Source of the DNA: Spirochaetota bacterium
GTDB lineage: Bacteria; Spirochaetota; Spirochaetia; Treponematales; UBA12059
Reading direction: 5' to 3'
Assembly: GCA_029560805.1 (NCBI GenBank)
Contig: JAKQKE010000039.1
Span: forward strand, 10,158 to 74,157
DNA length: 64,000 bases
Part shown: positions 9,840 through 17,305 of the stretch, in pieces
Position numbering within the stretch: position 1 is the first letter of the stretch
How the letters are laid out: each line of letters starts with the position of its first letter
Program-made: the position numbers and the translations under genes
Notes under the pieces: model-generated
What the model was told of the DNA's origin: nothing
Database searches by the model: none
Seen by the model: only the letters and a program-made list of their open reading frames with translations

Positions 9840-11962
9840 CGCTTTTTACCTACCTTGCGGCGATACTCGCCGCGGCGGCCGCCATCGCCGTCAAAGGCGC
9901 TCGACCCGGGCTCCGGGCGTTCCGCGCGGCGGCGTTCTTCAGCGTAGCGTATGCCCTGCTTCTGGCTACGGGCTACATGTTGTCCATCGACTACCCCGCG
10001 GCAGCGCTTGTGCTCGTACGCGCGGCGGGAGTCGGCGTCATCGCCTCGTACCTGGCGTTCCTGCGCCTGGCCATAGGCTACCCGTACGCGAAGCGGCTCT
10101 TCATACTCGACCTTGCGCTGGTAGCCATCGGGCTGGCGGCTGTTTGGGCCTTCGTGTTCACGGACGCGTACATCGTCGAGGTCAAGCGCTTCGAACTCGA
10201 GTACATTCGCTTCGAGGGCGACTACCACCGGCCGTTGTCCTTGGTCGGCCTCGCGGCCGGGCTGGCCGCGGCCCTGACCATGACCGCGCGGTCGTTCATC
10301 ACGAAGAGCCGCGTCTATCGTCAGCACCTCGCCGTGATGGCCGCGGGCCTCCTGTTCAGCGTGGCCTGGGGCTACGTCTTCGCGATCGTCGGGCCGACGG
10401 GCATCCTCAAGGCGGCGTATCCGCTGTCCGCGGTCAATACGCTCGTGGCGGTGCTCGCCGCCTCGTACGCCTTCTCGTCGACTCGCGTGTTCCAGCCCAG
10501 GCTCGTGGCCAAGACCTTCGGCGTGTGGCTGGCCATCATCGTCGCCTTCGCGCTACCGCTCGGAGCGGTCGTGGCCGTAGCGTTCCTGTTCAGGGCCGAG
10601 GCCGGAGCGACGGCCCTGGGCATCGCCGCCATCGCCTTCCTACTCCTCGGCAGGGGCGCCGAGTCGTTCGCGCGCGGTAGGATGGGCTCGGAGCACGACG
10701 CCGCCTCCCGGGAAGACCTCGAGGCCGCTATAGCGCACCTCGACCTGTCGGCCGGCCGAGAATCGGTGCTCGGAGAGCTTTCGGCCATCGTCGGCGAGTC
10801 GTTCGGCTGCTCGTGGCTCGCCGTGTTGTCCGAGGATGACGCTGGCAACCTGCGGCGCATCTACCCGGACGACGACGACGAGATCGTAACGACCCCGAAT
10901 TCCCCCGCGCTCGAGGCCCTCGCTGCGGTCGATAGGCGCGTGATACTCAAGACGGACGTGGTGGCTGACGCCTCTTTCGCGGAGCTCAAGCCCGTGCTGC
11001 TCGGTTTCTTCGACGTGCTCGGCGCCGAGGCCATCGTGATAGCCAAGGAAGGCCGTCGCGTCGTCGGCCTGTTCGCCCTCGGACCGAAGCGCTCCGGCGC
11101 CGACTACGACGCCCAGGACTACGCCGCCTTCGACGCGGTACACGGCAAGCTCTTCGTCGTCGCCTACTACGCCCGCCACGTGGCGCGCGAGTCCCTGCTC
11201 GGCACGGTGGAGAAGGAGATCGGCCTAGCCGACCAGATCGTCAAGTCGATCCAGGAGAAGATCGACCCCATCGACCACCCGGGCGTCGAGGTGTCCTTCG
11301 TCTGCCAGTCGCCGCGCGGCCTCGGCGGCGACTTGTTCGACTCGGTGCGCATCTCGGAACATCGCTGGTTCTTCGTCGTGGGCGACATCTCCGGCAAGGG
11401 CCTCAATGCCAGCATGTCGATGGTCATCCTCAAGTCGATGATACGCACGCTTCTCAAGGAGGAGAAGGACTTTATCAAGCTGGTGGCGAGGGCGAACGTC
11501 TTTATCAAGGAACGCCTGCCGCGCGGTACCTTCTTCTCGGGCATGTTCGGCTTCCTCGCCCTCGACAAGGGGTCGATCTACTTCATAAACTGCGGCATCC
11601 CAGCCATGTTCTTCCGCTCCCCCGGCCTCGACTCGGTAATCGAGACCCAGGGCGAGGGCAAGATGCTCGGCTTCGTCAGGAACGTCGAGCCCTATCTGAA
11701 GACCAGGAAGCTGGCCCTGCCGCCCGGTTCGCGCGTGCTGATCAGTACGGACGGCATCGTCGAGGCCGAGAGCGTGCGCGGCGAGCGATACGGTAAGGAG
11801 CGCCTGGTGCGTATCTTGGCGGAGAACAAGGACGCGAGCGCCGCCGAGACGGTGGGAGCGGTCGTCAAGTCGGCGAGCGCCTTCGCCGGCGGGCGGCTGG
11901 ACGACGATATAACGGTGGTGGCCATCGACTACGCGGGCATACCCAAGGAGAAGAAGCGATGA
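9830..11962 (+). CDS. Polytopic-membrane sensor PP2C-family (SpoIIE-like) phosphatase with a central GAF-like region
   Basis: 710 aa with ~8-9 N-terminal TM helices. Central 'LGELSAIVGESFGCSWLAVLSEDDAGNL' is GAF-like. PP2C motifs: 'GGDLFDSVRISEHRWFFVVGDISGKGLNASMSMV', 'ISTDGIVEAES', 'DDITVVAIDY'. Overlaps the upstream gene by 10 nt. Confidence 0.85.
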   Translation: MGLTLFTYLAAILAAAAAIAVKGARPGLRAFRAAAFFSVAYALLLATGYMLSIDYPAAALVLVRAAGVGVIASYLAFLRLAIGYPYAKRLFILDLALVAIGLAAVWAFVFTDAYIVEVKRFELEYIRFEGDYHRPLSLVGLAAGLAAALTMTARSFITKSRVYRQHLAVMAAGLLFSVAWGYVFAIVGPTGILKAAYPLSAVNTLVAVLAASYAFSSTRVFQPRLVAKTFGVWLAIIVAFALPLGAVVAVAFLFRAEAGATALGIAAIAFLLLGRGAESFARGRMGSEHDAASREDLEAAIAHLDLSAGRESVLGELSAIVGESFGCSWLAVLSEDDAGNLRRIYPDDDDEIVTTPNSPALEALAAVDRRVILKTDVVADASFAELKPVLLGFFDVLGAEAIVIAKEGRRVVGLFALGPKRSGADYDAQDYAAFDAVHGKLFVVAYYARHVARESLLGTVEKEIGLADQIVKSIQEKIDPIDHPGVEVSFVCQSPRGLGGDLFDSVRISEHRWFFVVGDISGKGLNASMSMVILKSMIRTLLKEEKDFIKLVARANVFIKERLPRGTFFSGMFGFLALDKGSIYFINCGIPAMFFRSPGLDSVIETQGEGKMLGFVRNVEPYLKTRKLALPPGSRVLISTDGIVEAESVRGERYGKERLVRILAENKDASAAETVGAVVKSASAFAGGRLDDDITVVAIDYAGIPKEKKR

Positions 11963-12288
11963 CAGGAATCAGCGTCGAGGCGATGGAACGCGGCGCGTGG
12001 ACCGTATTGTCGGTGCACGGGCCCATCAATAGCTATACGTTCAACGAGCTGCAGGAGAAGACGATGCTGCACGCGGGCCGGGTGGACATGGCGGTCGACC
12101 TCTCGGGCGTCAGCTCGATGACCAGCGCGGGTATCGGTGTGCTGCTCGCGGCCATCGAGGACGCGGAGACCGCGGGCAAGCGTTTCTTCGTGATCGCGCC
12201 GTCCGAGGTCTCCAGGCTCGCTATCGAGTCCACGGGTTTCGCGGATCGTTTCCCGACCCTGCCATCGATCAAGGAGCTACCGGTCTAG
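11959..12288 (+). CDS. STAS-domain anti-sigma-factor antagonist (SpoIIAA/RsbV-like)
   Basis: 109 aa. 'AVDLSGVSSMTSAGIGVLLAA' carries the conserved phosphorylatable Ser context. ATGA start/stop overlap with the upstream phosphatase gene. Confidence 0.85.
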   Translation: MTGISVEAMERGAWTVLSVHGPINSYTFNELQEKTMLHAGRVDMAVDLSGVSSMTSAGIGVLLAAIEDAETAGKRFFVIAPSEVSRLAIESTGFADRFPTLPSIKELPV

Positions 12289-12303
12289 CCCGGACCGTTC
12301 CCT

Positions 12304-12810
12304 ATGCCCTTGATCGCGCCTCCGAGCCGACGACGAACGCCTCAGGAATCGCTCGGGGCCGCGCCGCGCGCCAGGTCGAGGATCAGGCTGTCCCCCGGCG
12401 GCACCATCTTCGACGAGTACGACGGTTTTATCCGATCCCTTGGCTTCTTGAACGGGCGCGAGGCGGCGAAGCTGATCGTCGCCGGCGACGAGGTGCTCGA
12501 CAACCTGATGACGCACGGCGAGATCAGCGCCGCCGGCGTCTGCGTACTGGTCACTCGGCGGGAGCGGAGCGGGCTGACCCTGGGCTTCTTCGTGGACAGC
12601 CATCGCGAGTTCGCCGAGTTCACCAGGCACGCCGATGAGCGCGACGGCGCGAGGCCGCGCTTCGACCAGCGGGAGCGCCGCTGGCACGGCCTCGGCCTGA
12701 CCATGTGCCGGAATATCGCCTCGAGCGTCAGCTATAGGTCCGGAGAGCTCGTCGACCGGGTGTTCCTGAGCTTCGACGTCGAGCCTAGGCCTGCCCGGTC
12801 AGCGCCTTGA
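12304..12810 (+). CDS. Putative GHKL-type anti-sigma serine kinase (RsbW/SpoIIAB-like), atypical
   Basis: 168 aa, starting 15 nt after the STAS gene. N-box-like 'DEVLDNLMTHGE'. G2-like 'WHGLGLTMCRNI'. The expected DxGxG position reads 'FFVDSHREF'. The start codon is uncertain. Confidence 0.55.
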   Translation: MPLIAPPSRRRTPQESLGAAPRARSRIRLSPGGTIFDEYDGFIRSLGFLNGREAAKLIVAGDEVLDNLMTHGEISAAGVCVLVTRRERSGLTLGFFVDSHREFAEFTRHADERDGARPRFDQRERRWHGLGLTMCRNIASSVSYRSGELVDRVFLSFDVEPRPARSAP

Positions 12811-13762
12811 TGTAGTGCAGGCGTCCGAACAGTTCCGGCGCGTCCGAATTCCTGCGCGCCAGCCTTCCCCTCAGCTCCGATAGCCTCGCAATGCCGTGGG
12901 CGTCGAGCCAGGAGCCCATCTCCTCGATGGAGCTCGTGATGGCCGAGTAGCCGCGCGCGTAGACCGCCGAGCACAGCTGTACCGCCTGGGCGCCCGCCGC
13001 GACGAGACGTAGCGCCGTGGCGCCGTCGTAGACGCCGCCCGAGGCGCATAGCTCGGCGCCGACGCGGCCCTCGAGGGCCGCTATCCAGCGTAGGCTCTCG
13101 TGGTAGGCCTCCGGGCTGCTCCGCGTCGGTCCGGCCGCGAGGCTCATCGTCTCCAGGTCAACGTCCATACGGTAAAAGCGGTTGAATAGCGTCAGGCCGC
13201 GCGAGCCGGCCTTGGCCAGGCGCGAGGCGAGGTTGCCGACGTTGGTATACGAGGAGCCTAGCTTGGAGCATACCGGCACGCGCACCTGCGAGGCTACGGA
13301 TCCGACGAGGGCTACCAGCCTATCCTCGATGTGCGCCGCCGGAGTCGCCGGATCCATCGGTACGACGCCCAGGTTGAGCTCGATCGCGTCGGCTCCGGCC
13401 GCGGCGACGCGGGCGGCCAGCTCCGGCCAGAGCGAGTCGCCGGAACAGTTCAGGCTGGCTATGATCGGAACGTCGGTCGTCGCCTTGGCGGCCTTGACGA
13501 GCGCCACGTACTCGCCCTCGCCCTCGCTCAGGCCCATGCCGGCCAGGAAGGCCTCGGCCTCCGGATGCGACTCGGCGTCGCTGGCGATATCGGCTATCTC
13601 GGCGCGGAGCTGCTCCTCGAATAGTGACTTGAGCACGATGGCGCCGGCGCCGGCCTCGGCCGCCCTGCGGACGCCTTCCTTGGTCGAAGTCAGCCCGGAC
13701 GAGGCGACGAGTACGGGGTTACGCAACTTGAGCCCGAGGAATGATACGCTCAGATCGGCCAT
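12785..13762 (-). CDS. Dihydroorotate-dehydrogenase-like flavoprotein (class 1 PyrD family paralogue)
   Basis: 325 aa. 'FLGLKLRNPVLVASSGLTSTKEG', 'AIVLKSLFEEQ', 'ADAIELNL' and 'ASGGVYDG' are typical of DHOD-like TIM-barrel FMN enzymes. Confidence 0.8.
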   Translation of the reverse strand: MADLSVSFLGLKLRNPVLVASSGLTSTKEGVRRAAEAGAGAIVLKSLFEEQLRAEIADIASDAESHPEAEAFLAGMGLSEGEGEYVALVKAAKATTDVPIIASLNCSGDSLWPELAARVAAAGADAIELNLGVVPMDPATPAAHIEDRLVALVGSVASQVRVPVCSKLGSSYTNVGNLASRLAKAGSRGLTLFNRFYRMDVDLETMSLAAGPTRSSPEAYHESLRWIAALEGRVGAELCASGGVYDGATALRLVAAGAQAVQLCSAVYARGYSAITSSIEEMGSWLDAHGIARLSELRGRLARRNSDAPELFGRLHYIKALTGQA

Positions 13763-13847
13763 GGTCGCTCCTTAGTGATTGAAGATGACGCGTTAGCGCT
13801 ATGCTCAGTATACGGAGCCCGCGGCCCGGCGGCAAATCCGGAAAGGA

Positions 13848-14246
13848 TCAAGCCCGGCGCGCCTTCTTGGCCAGCTTGTCCCTGAAACGCTCCAGGTCGA
13901 CGACGGCCCGTACGTGGGTGCCCTCGCCGATCAGGTCGACTTCGTCGCGCGCCTCGACGCGGAACGTCAGCATGCGGCCGTCAGCCCCGACGAGCTCGGC
14001 GGTCGCCGTGACGCGCATGCCGAGCGGGGTTGCCGCCAGGTGTCGCACGTCGAGGCCGACTCCGACGGTCGCCTGGCCGTCGCCTAACAGGTGATCGACC
14101 GCTGCCAGGGCGGCCTCCTCCATGGCGAGGACCATCATCGGCGTGGCGTAGACCGGCGCGCCGCCCGAGCCGAGGTGGCTGGCGGTATGCCGCTCCTCGA
14201 CCACGAGCTCCTTTCGCCCGGTCAGCCCTATCCGTAGTTCATCCAT
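13848..14246 (-). CDS. Hotdog-fold thioesterase family protein
   Basis: 132 aa. 'ELVVEERHTASHLGSGGAPVYATPMMVLAMEEAA' resembles the small thioesterase/hotdog family. The start directly abuts the GH13 gene stop (14247). Confidence 0.7.
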   Translation of the reverse strand: MDELRIGLTGRKELVVEERHTASHLGSGGAPVYATPMMVLAMEEAALAAVDHLLGDGQATVGVGLDVRHLAATPLGMRVTATAELVGADGRMLTFRVEARDEVDLIGEGTHVRAVVDLERFRDKLAKKARRA

Positions 14247-15842
14247 CTAGGCCTCCCTCGCCGTGATCAGGACCTCGTAGGGACCGAGCTCGCGGTCGCC
14301 TGCGGCTATCGTCTCGCCCGGGTCGTCCAGGACGCTACCGCCCAAGGTCGTCACGGTCTTGGCCCGAGCTACGAAGTTCAGCCAGACGTCGATCTCGCGA
14401 TTCCCGAACGAACGGCGGAAGGCCATCACGCCGGCCGGGGCGTCGAGCCAGCGCAGCTCGCCAATCCGCAGGGCGGGCTCCAGGGAGCGGAGCCGTATCA
14501 GGCGCCTGTACCAAGTAAGCAGGGAGCCGGGATCGGCGCGCTGGGCCTCCACGTTCTTGTCCTTATAGTCCCTATTGACCGGGAGCCAGGGCTCCGCGTC
14601 GCTGAAGCCGGCGTTCGGCGAGGCGTCCCACTGCATCGGGGTGCGTTCGGCGTCGCGGCCGAGGGGCAGGGGCCAGGTGGACAGGCCGAGCGGGTCGCGC
14701 AGGGCCTTCCTCGGGACGCGTTCGCAGCTCATGCCGAACTCCTCGCCGTAATAGAGGAAGGGCGTGCCGCGCAGGCAGAGGAGCATCGCCGCGGCGACGC
14801 GGGCCCGAGCGTCGGAATCGGCGCCCGAGCGGTAGCGATAGTAATGGCGTTTCTGGTCGTGGTTCGACAGCGTGAAGTTCGGCCACGCCCCGTCGGGCAA
14901 GACCTCGTACCATCGCTCGGCCGAGCGGCGGAACGACTCGGCGCCCCAGGGGCGGAACAGGAAGTCGAAGTTGAAGGCCATGTGCAGCTCGTCGTTCCGC
15001 TCGCCGTGGCACGAGGCGGCGAGGGCGGGATCCTGCCCGTGGGTCTCGCCTATGAGCATGCGGTCGCCGTATGAGTCGGCCAGCGCCCGGAACTCCCTGA
15101 AGACGCCGTGCACCTCGGGCCGGTTGCGGTCGTAGAGGTGGCGCTGCAGGAGGTCGGGCACGAGTACGGGACTCGGCGGGTTGGAGCGGAACTCGGCGTC
15201 CTTGAAGTACGCCGTCGCCACGTCCATCCTGAAGCCGTCCGCTCCGAGGTCCAGCCAGAAGCGGGCGACCCGGTAGATCGCCTCCCGTAGCTCGGGGTTG
15301 CGCCAATTGAATTCGGGTTGGTTGCGCGTGAAGGTGGCCAGGTACCACTCGCCGGTAGCCTCGTTCGGGTACCAGGCGGAACGCTGCTCGAACAGGCTGA
15401 TCCAGTTGTTCGGCGGCCTACGGCCCTCGACGGGCTTCCAGATATACCAGTCATGCTTCGGATCGTCCCTTGAGGATCGAGCCGCCTTGAACCACGGATG
15501 CTCGTCGGACGAATGGTTGACGACCAGGTCGACGACTATCCTGATATCGAGGCGGTGGGCCGCGTCGAGCAGGGACCTGAAGTCGTCCAGGGAGCCGAAG
15601 ATAGGGTCGACGTCCTCGTAGTCCGAGATGTCATAGCCGAAGTCGCGCATCGGGCTCTTGAAGAAGGGGCTGATCCACAGCGCGTCGACGCCCAGCCAGG
15701 CCAGGTAGTCGAGCCTGGACTCGATACCGCGCAGGTCTCCGACGCCATCGCCGTTCGAGTCCATGAAGCTACGCGGGTAGATCTGGTAGAAGACCGCCTC
15801 GCGCCACCAGCCGTGGCGGTGTCTGTCTATCATCGCTCTCAC
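14247..15842 (-). CDS. GH13 alpha-glucosidase / oligo-1,6-glucosidase
   Basis: 531 aa. 'WWREAVFYQIYPRSFMDSNGDGVGDLRGI', 'VVDLVVNHSSDEHPWF', 'GADGFRMDVA', 'IGETH' and 'FTLSNHDQ' correspond to GH13 conserved regions I-IV. Confidence 0.9.
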   Translation of the reverse strand: MRAMIDRHRHGWWREAVFYQIYPRSFMDSNGDGVGDLRGIESRLDYLAWLGVDALWISPFFKSPMRDFGYDISDYEDVDPIFGSLDDFRSLLDAAHRLDIRIVVDLVVNHSSDEHPWFKAARSSRDDPKHDWYIWKPVEGRRPPNNWISLFEQRSAWYPNEATGEWYLATFTRNQPEFNWRNPELREAIYRVARFWLDLGADGFRMDVATAYFKDAEFRSNPPSPVLVPDLLQRHLYDRNRPEVHGVFREFRALADSYGDRMLIGETHGQDPALAASCHGERNDELHMAFNFDFLFRPWGAESFRRSAERWYEVLPDGAWPNFTLSNHDQKRHYYRYRSGADSDARARVAAAMLLCLRGTPFLYYGEEFGMSCERVPRKALRDPLGLSTWPLPLGRDAERTPMQWDASPNAGFSDAEPWLPVNRDYKDKNVEAQRADPGSLLTWYRRLIRLRSLEPALRIGELRWLDAPAGVMAFRRSFGNREIDVWLNFVARAKTVTTLGGSVLDDPGETIAAGDRELGPYEVLITAREA

Positions 15843-15855
15843 CTCCGGCCGGGCG

Positions 15856-16896
15856 TCAGGGCGAAACGGACACCCGGTTCTTGCCCGCCTGCTTCGACGC
15901 GTACAGCGCCTTGTCGGCCCTGTCTATCACCGACTTGCCGGTCAGGTCGCGGTTTTGGTCGTACTGGGCTATGCCGAGCGACAGGGTGACGGCTATTTTC
16001 TGCCCTTCGTAGTCGAAGCCCATGCCCTCGACGCTGCGGCGTATCCTCTCGGCGATCAGCTTCGCGGTGGCCGCGTCGGTATCGGGCAAGAGCATGCAGA
16101 ATTCCTCGCCGCCGTAGCGCGCGGCCACGTCGACCGACCGGGTCTGGCTCTGGATCAGCTTGGCGACGCCCTTGAGCACCTCGTCGCCGCAGCTATGCCC
16201 ATAGGTGTCGTTGAAGCGCTTGAACGAGTCGATATCGGCCATGATCACCGACAGCGGCTTCTCCGAGAAGGCGCTCTCCTCCATCTTCTCGAGCAGCACC
16301 GTATAGAAATAGTGCTTCATCCTGAGCTTCGTCATCATGTCGGTCGTCGTCATCTCGAACAGGAAGGCGTTGTTGATGGCTATCGACGCCAGTATGGCGA
16401 TATTGAGGAGGTGCTCCTTCTCGTAATCCGAGAAGGCCTCGCTGACGATCTGCTCCCCGACGAGTATCAGGCCGTTGACGACGCCCTTGGCCTTGAGCGG
16501 GACGATCAGGGTCGGCGCCATCGGCTCGATCGGCTCGAGGCCGCCAAGGTCGCCGAAGCGCTCCCGCAGCTCGGCCATGGTCCAACAGCGGGTCTCCCGC
16601 GCGAAGGCGCGCATCGCCGGGGCGTCCTCCGGGATGCTGTAGTCGCGCCCGTGCTCGATCTCGAAGCCCTTATAGTTACGGTGCAGGTTGAAGCGGGTCG
16701 AGTCTATGCCTTTCTTGGCGTACAGGGCGGCCTTGAGCACCTTCATCTGGCCCATGATCGTGTAGAGAATCGACTCTATCAGGATGCCGTAGTCGAGGGT
16801 GGAATTCAGGCTTTTAGATACCTCGAGGAGCTGCTTCAGGTCGAATATCTGCTTTTCGTACTCTTCTCGTATACGCGCGGCGTCGCTGGTTCCCAT
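15856..16896 (-). CDS. GAF-domain diguanylate cyclase (GGDEF)
   Basis: 346 aa with an N-terminal GAF-like region. GGDEF domain with active site 'RYGGEEF' and an upstream I-site-like 'RSVD' at canonical spacing. Also 'FKRFNDTYGHSCGDEVL'. Confidence 0.9.
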   Translation of the reverse strand: MGTSDAARIREEYEKQIFDLKQLLEVSKSLNSTLDYGILIESILYTIMGQMKVLKAALYAKKGIDSTRFNLHRNYKGFEIEHGRDYSIPEDAPAMRAFARETRCWTMAELRERFGDLGGLEPIEPMAPTLIVPLKAKGVVNGLILVGEQIVSEAFSDYEKEHLLNIAILASIAINNAFLFEMTTTDMMTKLRMKHYFYTVLLEKMEESAFSEKPLSVIMADIDSFKRFNDTYGHSCGDEVLKGVAKLIQSQTRSVDVAARYGGEEFCMLLPDTDAATAKLIAERIRRSVEGMGFDYEGQKIAVTLSLGIAQYDQNRDLTGKSVIDRADKALYASKQAGKNRVSVSP

Positions 16897-16952
16897 CTAT
16901 CGTCTCACATTCTGAATAGTGGCTTTACGCATAGTATACGTCGGCATCATGA

Positions 16953-17192
16953 TTAGCGCCACCGGATTGTCTCGCCTATCCAGCGCACCCGCAGGCCGCT
17001 CATGGTCTCCTCGAGGCGCTCGCGGTCTTCCCGCCTGATGGCGACGATATACCCGCTCCGTCCGGCGCCATCCGGCGCCGCGGCCTCGGCCAGCTCGAGC
17101 GCGTCGGTTCGGGCCTCTACGCCAAGGCAGCCCGACGCCGCCGACAACGCGGCGTCGGGCGAGCCTGACCAGGCCCTGGCGGCCCGGGCCAC
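16953..17192 (-). CDS. Small hypothetical ORF (possible gene remnant)
   Basis: This is the only coding-like frame in the 16897-17305 gap. It has high GC3 and its first canonical start is GTG at 17192. The frame stays open upstream to 17378 and reads protein-like ('ELVYLVEGDRSEAVEAAIARAAAG') without ATG/GTG/TTG. Confidence 0.25.
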   Translation of the reverse strand: MARAARAWSGSPDAALSAASGCLGVEARTDALELAEAAAPDGAGRSGYIVAIRREDRERLEETMSGLRVRWIGETIRWR

Positions 17193-17305
17193 GCGGCCGG
17201 CGGCCGCCCTGGCTATGGCCGCTTCGACGGCCTCGGACCGATCTCCTTCGACGAGGTAGACGAGCTCGCCGGCCGTCTGGAAGGTCGAGGGGAGGGGACG
17301 GCCCC

